A stretch of DNA of 64,000 nt from Christensenella sp. UBA7588 (GTDB lineage Bacteria; Bacillota; Clostridia; Christensenellales; CAG-917). The translations under genes were made by a program, and so were the position numbers. The stretch covers positions 16,335 through 80,334 of the forward strand of contig DLKM01000020.1 of the NCBI GenBank assembly GCA_002478945.1. Reading direction: 5' to 3'. Shown here one piece after another: positions 28,270-35,474 of the stretch (position 1 is the stretch's first letter; every line of letters begins with the position of its first letter). The notes below the pieces were generated by a model. The model worked only from the letters and a program-made list of their open reading frames with translations, had not been told where the DNA came from and did not search any database.

Positions 28270-28472
28270 TTTCTGTCCTAAGGAAACAAAAAAGACCTTC
28301 TACCGACAGGGTAAACTCCTCCTAACCAGAGTCCTCCCATGCAAAGGTCTAATTTAATCAAAACAATTTTTGTAAGATTTTCTACTTGATGCCTCCCGCT
28401 TGCAAAAGGCATTAAACAGATCACATTACTCAACTCCTTTGAGGAAACTAATCCTTCCTTTTCGGACAGAAA
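28270..28472 (-). promoter_or_regulatory. ~200-nt structured 5' leader of the RNase III gene with an internal terminator-like hairpin
   Basis: Closing helix TTTCTGTCC (28472-28464) / GGACAGAAA (28278-28270), extended by AAGGAA/TTCCTT. Internal hairpins CTCAA-AGGAG-TTGAG and ATGCCT-N12-AGGCAT. AGACCTT...AAGGTCT+TTTTTTG at 28350-28286. Four SD-like GGAG(G) copies. Confidence 0.5.
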
Positions 28473-28473
28473 A

Positions 28474-28502
28474 AGTATACCACAAATCTCCTATAAAATC
28501 AA
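28474..28502 (-). promoter_or_regulatory. candidate extended -10 promoter for the RNase III leader
   Basis: On the minus strand: TTGATT (28502-28497), 17 nt, TGgTATACT (28482-28474). It abuts the leader closing helix, so the true 5' end is uncertain. Confidence 0.4.
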
Positions 28503-28513
28503 TCGCTTGGCAA

Positions 28514-28558
28514 TAAAAAAACAGCCCACTACTCATCATTTCTGACTTTCATGGGCTC
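28514..28558 (-). terminator. candidate terminator (large-loop hairpin plus U7)
   Basis: On the minus strand: GAGCCCAT...GTGGGCT followed by GTTTTTTTATTG. The loop is about 21 nt, so this is only moderate quality. Confidence 0.4.
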
Positions 28559-28561
28559 ATA

Positions 28562-28771
28562 TTATTTTTCCTTCATCTTTATCTTTATTATTTCTTCCCG
28601 AGTATTTTCCCACATTTTTTCAAAATCAAAAACTGCAATATAATTTAATAAGTAATAGTTTTTTCTAAAAAATGAAAACAGCGCCAATCGTTCCGTAGCA
28701 CTATCTATCGTCCCGATGATAAGGCTTTCGTTCCGTAGCAATATACAAAAAGAGCCTCGTAAAAATGCCAT
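28562..28771 (-). CDS. hypothetical 69-aa ORF (doubtful)
   Basis: ATG start but no convincing RBS and no recognisable domain. The only support is the hairpin/U-run downstream. Confidence 0.2.
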   Translation of the reverse strand: MAFLRGSFCILLRNESLIIGTIDSATERLALFSFFRKNYYLLNYIAVFDFEKMWENTREEIIKIKMKEK

Positions 28772-28879
28772 TTGACACTTCTACAAGGCTCTGTAATTTG
28801 CTGGCGGAAAGGATAAATGCTCCTATCCGCAAAGAAAAAAGGCTTGATAACATTTGTATCAAACCTATGCTTTTCTTAT

Positions 28880-29159
28880 GGTGCGGTCACCGAGACTTGT
28901 AGCGAACAAAGTGAGCGTAATAGCGAGCGGCGTAAGTTTACTGACCGTAGCGAGCGTCTCCATAAGATAAACGGTGTTTCACGCCTTTATGCTACGCAAT
29001 AAAACACTTCGTATTAAGTTTGTCTTATTATGTCCACTGCGCTCGATTTCCGCAAATGATACGCGTTTGCGGCTCGCTTCACTTGCGGTCAGTCGGACGG
29101 TGCCGTCCGAACAATGCAATGCATTGTTGTGCGCAATTCTTGCGCACAAGTTCAAGTAT
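28880..29159. repeat. GC-rich hairpin repeat, copy B (long form)
   Basis: Shares ACGG(C/T)GTTTCACGCCTTTATGCT(G/A)CGC and the 89-nt triple-hairpin block with copy A. Its middle part (29000-29083) matches copy C (29258-29341) at about 80% by eye. Confidence 0.8.
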
Positions 29160-29206
29160 TAGAGCTTAATTCTTTAACAGAAAATACAAATATTCGGACT
29201 TAATGT

Positions 29207-29372
29207 GGTGCGGTCTATGCTGCGCAAATGGCGCATCCGCGCCTGCGTGCAGTCGCACGCAACACTTCGTTTTTTATTTGCTTGCTATGTCCACTACGCT
29301 CGATGGCCGCAAATGCTACGCGCTTGCGTCTCTCTTCGCTTGTGGTCACCGAAGTCTCGGCACCCTGCACAC
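29207..29372. repeat. GC-rich hairpin repeat, copy C (divergent)
   Basis: Starts GGTGCGGTCTATGCTGCGCAAATGGCGCA (compare copy A 26929-26958) and carries its own short GC hairpins, e.g. GCGTGC-agtc-GCACGC. It is directly tandem to copy B. Confidence 0.7.
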
Positions 29373-29412
29373 AAAAAAAGTGAGCACAGACAATTCTGTA
29401 CTCACTTTTTTG
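29373..29412. terminator. bidirectional rho-independent terminator (ends fic on the minus strand)
   Basis: AAAAAAAGTGAGCACAG-acaatt-CTGTACTCACTTTTTTG. Confidence 0.8.
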
Positions 29413-29547
29413 TTGGTGCGCAGAAAACAACCGCAGTTGAACATATCATTTTACTATCAAATTATGCAGTTCATGTTTTTGGACTACACAACTACCGAGC
29501 ATTAGTCCCGCAACCGTATGTTGTAACAATGAGAATATAAGAGAATA

Positions 29548-30405
29548 TCACTCATCTACTTGCTCGTAATAATAAGAGTAGTCGATTCCTTTCATGAAGA
29601 TTTCGCGATTGTTTATATCGTTGGTCAATGCACCTTTTATAAGTTCGTAAATATGCGATGAATCCACAGGACTTTCCTGCATTGCCGTAAGGTAAGCCTT
29701 TTTGTCGATTTTGCTCCAATCAACGCACTTTTTTAGATGCTTTTTCAAAATCAAATCAAGCCAAATACGCGTACTTCTGCCATTACCTTCCATAAACGGA
29801 TGCGCAACGTTCATCTCGACGTATTTGTCTACGATTTGTTCAAGCGTATCGTCGGGCATATTCTCAATTTGGCGCAAATTTTCTTGCAAATACATTGCCG
29901 GCGCAAACGCAAAACCGCCCTTTGCTATATTCATTGTGCGGATTTGTCCTGCAAAATCATACAGTCCACCGAAAATATACGCGTGTATTTGTTGCAAGCC
30001 TTTTACTGTGCCGACTTCGATTTCGTTTATCATACCCGACTCGAACAATTCGTACGCTTTTTTCTTGCTTTTATCATCAATTGACGATCCCATTCCCTTC
30101 AACCACTTCTCGAACACGAGTGATTTTTTGCTAGGAATAAGTGCAATAATGGTATTTACACCCTCTTCATCAACGACGTCAGTCATATATTTTTTGCCGT
30201 CGGAAGCGGTCAATTTCAGTTGTCGACAAATTGTCGACAACTCGCCTTTTCTACGTTTGAGAGCGTTCCAATATGAGCGCGGATTTGTGCTTTTTGTGAG
30301 TGCTTCCGCAATATCCGTAGCGCAAAACCACCATTTGGAAGTATCTTCATCCCAAACGGCTCTTACGGGTATATCTTCAAAAAAACGAATCGACGTTTTG
30401 ATCAC
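29548..30405 (-). CDS. BRO-N domain / Fic (AMPylase-type) fusion protein
   Basis: N-terminus [29 protein letters not shown] is BRO-N/antirepressor-like. The canonical Fic motif [12 protein letters not shown] lies at 29802-29767. The C-terminal [10 protein letters not shown] resembles a class III inhibitory helix. GTG start with an AAGGA RBS. Confidence 0.75.
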   Translation of the reverse strand: MIKTSIRFFEDIPVRAVWDEDTSKWWFCATDIAEALTKSTNPRSYWNALKRRKGELSTICRQLKLTASDGKKYMTDVVDEEGVNTIIALIPSKKSLVFEKWLKGMGSSIDDKSKKKAYELFESGMINEIEVGTVKGLQQIHAYIFGGLYDFAGQIRTMNIAKGGFAFAPAMYLQENLRQIENMPDDTLEQIVDKYVEMNVAHPFMEGNGRSTRIWLDLILKKHLKKCVDWSKIDKKAYLTAMQESPVDSSHIYELIKGALTNDINNREIFMKGIDYSYYYEQVDE

Positions 30406-30996
30406 GCAAGCACATCCTTAATCATATTATTTGAAATTATTATATCATTTGCAAATAAACTTATCAATACTTGATCGCAATCTTATATCTTTTTACTACT
30501 AAAAAACAAGATAAACATCTAACTGCGATTTTTCTTAACCAGAAAGCACATTTGTTGATATCTGCAATTGTTTGTTGCCTTATGCTATTATACCGAACGC
30601 CGTAAACATAAGACATTAACCTTATTCATTTTTTCGTACTCCTTAAACGCTCTAAAAGCCGTTTGTAAAGCTAAAAAATGTCTAGGGGTAAACATTATTT
30701 TTGTTCGCACACCCTTAAGGGTAATATAGATTTCTATATACTCGTTTTTTCGATTTTCAATTTGAGTATTTTTCCAAGTCGCTTAGATCTTTTGCACAAT
30801 ATCTATATTCAGCGGCACAATTTGGGCAAAGACATAAAATAGCGGCACAATTTATGTACACATATACCTACTTTATACTATGAAAAACAAAACAAACACA
30901 AACCGAAACTTAGGGATTCGACTTGTGTTCTCGATGACTCTCAAATGCTGAATAATAATATGCAACCCTTTATTTCAACATTCTCATTCTGTAAAG

Positions 30997-31425
30997 TTAT
31001 GATCGCCCATAATGTTTCATCATTTCAATTCTGACATTTTCAAGTTGTGTGGCCAATGGAATTAATCGATTAACATCATTAGACAACTTTCCGTACTGTT
31101 TATCAATATTTCTTTGATAGCTATCAACTGTTCCATATAAAAAATCTATGTAGCCTTTATGCACCCAATAATTTCTAATTTCTTTTATCCCATTAAGTAA
31201 AGTATAATCATCTCGGCTCAAATATGGTGATTCATCACTAAAATCCAACTCTTCAAGTTTTTTCAACACGGAGCCAAGAGGTTTATTGATTACGGTATCA
31301 AGATTATTAGAAAAATCACCTCGCAACATACCTGCATACATAATTTTTATGTCATGCTCAATGCATTGACACTTTTTTATTAGAATCCCCATCATTTCAT
31401 CAAACAATTCTTTTGTAACAAACAT
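30997..31425 (-). CDS. HEPN-like protein (candidate RNase; Rx4H motif)
   Basis: EIRNYWVH (R..H codons at 31176-31159) fits the HEPN phi-RNxxxH motif in a predicted all-helical ~140-aa protein. The likely start is the ATG at 31425 after GAGGAG (the track start is 31452). Confidence 0.45.
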   Translation of the reverse strand: MFVTKELFDEMMGILIKKCQCIEHDIKIMYAGMLRGDFSNNLDTVINKPLGSVLKKLEELDFSDESPYLSRDDYTLLNGIKEIRNYWVHKGYIDFLYGTVDSYQRNIDKQYGKLSNDVNRLIPLATQLENVRIEMMKHYGRS

Positions 31426-31524
31426 TTTATATATCTCCTCAACCAATAACATTATATATTTAATTCAAATATTATCGGCATACTTAAACCAGTCCGCTTT
31501 CATCACATAAAATACTAGACACTA

Positions 31525-31752
31525 CTAAAAAGATACATCCTTCGTGTTGTTTAATCCATTTTTTATTAAATCACATATTTTTTTTGAAACAGGAGAAATA
31601 TTAGGTCCTTCTTCAAAAGATAATTCGTCTTCAAATCTAATACATAGCCCTAACAATTCTACTATTTTTTCCGCATTTAAATCATTAATTTGATACACTT
31701 TTTCATATCCTTGCGATAATTCAATTTGTTCATTATTAAACGTTATTTTCAT
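31525..31752 (-). CDS. small acidic hypothetical protein (75 aa)
   Basis: Clean ATG ORF upstream of, and on the same strand as, the HEPN-like gene. An upstream ORF remnant's stop overlaps its ATG (TGATG). No domain recognised. Confidence 0.4.
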   Translation of the reverse strand: MKITFNNEQIELSQGYEKVYQINDLNAEKIVELLGLCIRFEDELSFEEGPNISPVSKKICDLIKNGLNNTKDVSF

Positions 31753-32230
31753 CAGAACTCTCCTTGTAAAATATGTCTTTGTAGCCTATTTTTCTCACTC
31801 TTTTTCTGATAGCTTCTTTTCCGCCATCCAATATTTCTGCGGCAATTAAAAGAATTTTTCGATTGTCTAAATTCGAATTGATAGATTTATAAGAATATAG
31901 CTCCTTCGACTCAACACCATCACAATAACAATTAAAATGCTCATTATCATTTTGACAAACAATTTGTAGCTATCAACACTCTTGCAATAATTATTCCAAT
32001 TAAATCAATTAAAGACAAGTTTTTTAGCAAAGCATTCGCCATAATGACAGTCAAAATGAATATATCCCTATTGACAAACTGTGTAAATATGCAAACCATT
32101 TTCATTTGCCCTTCGTGGTGGTTATCGTCGCATAAGTCAGCGAATATATCAACGGCACGGAAAAATAGTGATGGATATTGTGAGAGCCATTTTATAGAGT
32201 CAGACTCATAGCAGTTTGGCTTTTTTTTAC
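31753..32230 (-). pseudogene. possible frameshifted remnant of a minus-strand gene
   Basis: Two adjacent stop-to-stop reading frames with protein-like sequence: ...IKWLSQYPSLFFRAVDIFADLCDDNHHEGQMKMVCIFTQF...ATNCLSK*, then in another frame ...QNDNEHFNCYCDGVESKELYSYKSINSNLDNRKILLIAAEILDGGKEAIRKRVRKIGYKD.... The second frame has no start codon. Confidence 0.3.
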
Positions 32231-32360
32231 ACTATTTTTCGCTCAAACAGCTTTGGCCGTTGACATATTCCATTGCAACAGTATTCGCATTTGAAACGTT
32301 TCGACTTATGCTCCTTTCCCACTGCCGAACGGCAATCTCAAATAAAAAGGAGTTAGAAAA

Positions 32361-32597
32361 ATGATTGAACTCAACAAAATTGCATTCATTGATGAAGATG
32401 GTTTCGATTTCAATGACGGTGAAAGCATTATCAGATTTGATACCGTTGCTTATTACCCTGAAAGAAACGAAATCATCTATGCAATTACCAACAACGGAAA
32501 GATTTCCGTTATCACTTATGACGTGTTTGAAGATGACAAAGGTCATTATATCGAATACGGAAATACGCTTATCAAGATTTACATATCGGAGGACTGA
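32361..32597 (+). CDS. small acidic hypothetical protein (78 aa), first gene of the plus-strand operon
   Basis: AAAGGAG RBS 8 nt upstream. The stop is 2 nt before the ardA ATG. Confidence 0.55.
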   Translation: MIELNKIAFIDEDGFDFNDGESIIRFDTVAYYPERNEIIYAITNNGKISVITYDVFEDDKGHYIEYGNTLIKIYISED

Positions 32598-32599
32598 CA

Positions 32600-33145
32600 A
32601 TGGGAAATATCAGTATAGTTATCGGTTCTTGGGGTTCATACAACGAATGCAACGAAAGAGCCTTAGGCTCTAATTGGCTTGACTTATCGGACTACAACGA
32701 TTGGGAAGAAATCGTTGAAGAGCTCAAACGCGAAGGTTTTGAATTGGACGGTATAGACGAAGAATTGTTTATACAAGACATCGAAGGCATATCAGACCGT
32801 TCTGTCAATTGGGATTATATGAATCCCGAAAACCTATTCAACACGCTTTACGAATCGGGCGTCCTTACCAACGATTATAAATATAAAGAACTTTGCGCTT
32901 TCCTTGAAGTTAAAAACTATGACGATTTTGAAGAACTTGTAAAAAACCGCGGTGAGAATTGGGACGATAACGTCAACCTTTGGAGTGGTTTTACTTGGGA
33001 AGATTACGGAAAAGAAATGCTGGACTGTTGCGGATATAACATCCCCGAACACCTATTAGACTTTTTTGACCTTGAACGCTATGGCAAATACTGTGGCGAT
33101 TACAACGTTTACGAATGCGAAAACGGCTTAATTGAAATTTATTAA
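32600..33145 (+). CDS. ardA: ArdA-family antirestriction protein
   Basis: Very acidic. IGSWGSYNECNERALGSNWLDLS, EELFIQDIEG and C-terminal ERYGKYCGDYNVYECENGLIEIY parallel the Tn916 ArdA segments LGKYNEGELVGAWF / EEYAIHDYE / AYGRDL...NHGIFEIVY. Confidence 0.7.
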   Translation: MGNISIVIGSWGSYNECNERALGSNWLDLSDYNDWEEIVEELKREGFELDGIDEELFIQDIEGISDRSVNWDYMNPENLFNTLYESGVLTNDYKYKELCAFLEVKNYDDFEELVKNRGENWDDNVNLWSGFTWEDYGKEMLDCCGYNIPEHLLDFFDLERYGKYCGDYNVYECENGLIEIY

Positions 33146-33159
33146 AAGGAGAATTACCT

Positions 33160-33573
33160 ATGAATATAACCATTGAACAAAAGAAACAAAAAGCGATTGA
33201 ACTTATGAACACACTTAACCTTTACAAGCCATATATCAAAGACTTTGAGCAGCACAACGACGTTTGCTATTACGAAGGCTTTGGCGGATTTTGGACATAC
33301 CAAGAACCCGAATTACAAGAGAAAATAGAAACGTTCGAGAAAGAACATAACTGTCTTGTATATGCTGTTACACACGAATACACGGAAATTGGCGAGTTGT
33401 ATGATTTCCTTATTGTTACTGATTATGAGGAAGAATGGAACACTCTTTTGGAAAAGACGGACAGATACTATTACGCTCTCGCTTACGTTTGGAACAAAGA
33501 CTGTGAATGGTGTTCGGAATTTGGAACAATAGTTATCCGTTCATTCGGTGGAGGTATTTCAAGAATTGCGTGA
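33160..33573 (+). CDS. hypothetical protein (137 aa)
   Basis: Co-directional operon ORF with a GGAG RBS. No recognised domain. Confidence 0.5.
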   Translation: MNITIEQKKQKAIELMNTLNLYKPYIKDFEQHNDVCYYEGFGGFWTYQEPELQEKIETFEKEHNCLVYAVTHEYTEIGELYDFLIVTDYEEEWNTLLEKTDRYYYALAYVWNKDCEWCSEFGTIVIRSFGGGISRIA

Positions 33574-33583
33574 GGTGAAAACG

Positions 33584-33901
33584 ATGAAGATTTATCTTGT
33601 TTTATTTCAGTATTCAACCGATGATTGTTTTGGAATCGATACGCAAGCATTCTCAACATACGAGAAAGCCGTTGAACGCTTTAACGCGATAATTGGCGAT
33701 GAAATGAAAGCCGAAATAAGTTGGGCTGCAGATGCATTTGAAAACGGCGTTTTACAGGACGAATACGAGTTGGACTGTAACGAGCCTTTTACCGACGGCG
33801 AAGAACACGAACTTTGGTGGAATTTGCAATGTAAAAACGATTGGTATCTTCAAGACAATTTGGAATTGCGAATTATAGAAATAGATAAGGAGGAAAAATA
33901 A
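33584..33901 (+). CDS. acidic hypothetical protein (105 aa)
   Basis: ATG at 33584 after a GAGGTG RBS. The track ORF starts earlier (33548), inside the previous gene. Confidence 0.5.
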   Translation: MKIYLVLFQYSTDDCFGIDTQAFSTYEKAVERFNAIIGDEMKAEISWAADAFENGVLQDEYELDCNEPFTDGEEHELWWNLQCKNDWYLQDNLELRIIEIDKEEK

Positions 33902-34149
33902 TGAAACCGATAGAAGTAAACGCACATCTTAATTCAATGGACGGAAAGACGGGCCGAGCAATATTGCTCGGTCCTAATTATTTATTTGCAAGACCTATAA
34001 CCAACTCTTACGTTTTCAAGGTTGGCAATCAACTTTGCACGGGCGTTATGAACTGGTTTGTAGGCGAATACTACGTTGACGACAAATACGGAATCGTGGA
34101 CGAGAGAAACGAAAACTACGACATCTACAAGAAATACATAAAGGAGTGA
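33901..34149 (+). CDS. hypothetical protein (82 aa)
   Basis: ATG overlaps the previous stop (TAATG), with a preceding AAGGAGG RBS. Confidence 0.5.
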   Translation: MKPIEVNAHLNSMDGKTGRAILLGPNYLFARPITNSYVFKVGNQLCTGVMNWFVGEYYVDDKYGIVDERNENYDIYKKYIKE

Positions 34150-34153
34150 GAAT

Positions 34154-34528
34154 ATGGCACAAATCAAAGACTTGGAAAAATACATAGACTACGAGTTTTC
34201 TTCCGGCTGTTATACGGGAGATGACTACAAAAGTTTTCAAACGAAATACATCAACTATTTGCGTTCTATATGCAAACAAAATCATTGGCATCTTGTGAAC
34301 GTCGGAAGAAATCATTATTGCTTTTCGGCGTTTATTAAGAGCGCAGAAAACAAATGCGTTTACGTTTCCATAAGCGACGTTAGGTTTTTTACCAACGAAT
34401 GGTACAACAACATTTTGATACGCAAAGCAAAGAACGAGCAAGATTATTACGGTGGTTTCAACCACAGAACGACGCTCAAAGAACTCGAAATGAAAGCAAT
34501 GGAACTACTCGAAGATTTTCCGTTTTAG
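34154..34528 (+). CDS. hypothetical protein (124 aa)
   Basis: AAGGAG RBS, operon context. No recognised domain. Confidence 0.5.
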   Translation: MAQIKDLEKYIDYEFSSGCYTGDDYKSFQTKYINYLRSICKQNHWHLVNVGRNHYCFSAFIKSAENKCVYVSISDVRFFTNEWYNNILIRKAKNEQDYYGGFNHRTTLKELEMKAMELLEDFPF

Positions 34529-34537
34529 GAGGCAATA

Positions 34538-35473
34538 ATGGAACTCAATTTAATCGCTCAAAATAAGCAAGAAGAACTTGTCTTGAAATACCTTCAAGAT
34601 AATGCGAGCGACGTCCTTGTGAACAAGATAAACAATGGTACTCCGTTTGAAAAAGACGGCAAGAAACTTACAAACAAAAAGACGCTTTCGAGCTTTATAA
34701 AATATGCATTTAATAATGCACAGGAACTTTCCGAAAAAGGCGCGATTGCTGCTTGTATAGATAGCGATACCGTCTTTGGTTGGGCAATCCATTTCTTTGA
34801 AGAAGATAACATCGTAGGAACACTTTATAACGATGACGGAACGGAATATAAGCCCGTTATTAAACACGTTCAAAACACCACTATTAAACCAAAACCACAA
34901 CCGCAAAAACCGAATGATATTCAGTTCTCTATATTTGATGATTTGACCGAACAAGAAGTTAAAGATACCGAAATAGAAGAATTAAATACTATTACGGAAA
35001 AACATAGCAATATGGAAAAATCCGAAACACAAATTGAAAAACCTTCTAAAAGCAAATCTCCAAACTCTACATTTTACGATAAATATCTTGTTTTGCAACA
35101 GCAAAATCCAAAGAGCGCAGTTGCATATAGGCTTGGTGATTTCTATGAGATTTTAGGTGAAAATGCCGTTGAGATTGCAAGAGAAATAGACCTTACTTTG
35201 ACAAGCCGAGATTGCGGATTGGAAGAACGTATGCCTATGATTGGATTCCCTTATCACGCAGCGGAAATCTATTTTGCGAAGATTGCAAAAACACATAATT
35301 TGCTTGTTGTAGAAACTGATGGAACGACAAGACGAATTGAACAAATCCCCAACAAAAATGAACGCATCGTGGATGCTGAAACGGGCGAGATTTTAGGCGA
35401 AGTTTTAGAGCCAAACGATAGTGTTATTTCAAAGTTGTTTGAGATATTTGGAAACACGTTGGAGGTGCAATAA
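34538..35473 (+). CDS. PcfK-like (AcrIIA9-family-like) N-domain fused to an orphan MutS domain-I-like mismatch-binding domain
   Basis: aa 1-100: ...SSFIKYAFNNAQELSEKGAIAACIDSDTVFGWAIHFFEED, PcfK-like from memory. aa ~178-262: YLVLQQQNPKSAVAYRLGDFYEILGENAVEIAREIDLTLTSR...MPMIGFPYHAAEIYFAKI closely parallels the E. coli MutS N-terminus ([24 protein letters not shown]...LTKR...PMAGIPYHAVENYLAKL). Confidence 0.65.
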   Translation: MELNLIAQNKQEELVLKYLQDNASDVLVNKINNGTPFEKDGKKLTNKKTLSSFIKYAFNNAQELSEKGAIAACIDSDTVFGWAIHFFEEDNIVGTLYNDDGTEYKPVIKHVQNTTIKPKPQPQKPNDIQFSIFDDLTEQEVKDTEIEELNTITEKHSNMEKSETQIEKPSKSKSPNSTFYDKYLVLQQQNPKSAVAYRLGDFYEILGENAVEIAREIDLTLTSRDCGLEERMPMIGFPYHAAEIYFAKIAKTHNLLVVETDGTTRRIEQIPNKNERIVDAETGEILGEVLEPNDSVISKLFEIFGNTLEVQ

Positions 35474-35474
35474 A

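Noticed and set aside
28286-28440. ~45-codon ORF inside the RNase III leader (MPFASGRHQVENLTKIVLIKLDLCMGGLWLGGVYPVGRRSFLFP)
   Set aside because: There is no SD at a suitable distance (the nearest AAAGGAG is about 25 nt upstream). The region is better explained by nested helices. I keep it only as an alternative to test by ribosome profiling.
26929-29372. Possibility that the repeats form a CRISPR array
   Set aside because: Units are about 90-200 nt, not 25-40 nt. They are not regularly interspaced with unique spacers, only 3 copies exist, and no cas genes are present in the window.
26900-29540. Short plus- and minus-strand ORFs inside the hairpin repeats (26900-27091, 26977-27165, 28817-29002, 28974-29162, 29203-29505, 29205-29540, 29215-29430)
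   Set aside because: They overlap one another in different frames. Their similarity between repeat copies is at the nucleotide level and includes indels that break frames. They have no RBS and the regions are dominated by palindromes, so I treat them as non-coding repeats.
32232-32600. 122-aa minus-strand ORF
   Set aside because: It is antisense to the 78-aa first gene of the plus-strand operon, which has an AAAGGAG RBS and coupling to ardA. The minus-strand ORF has no RBS and an odd composition.
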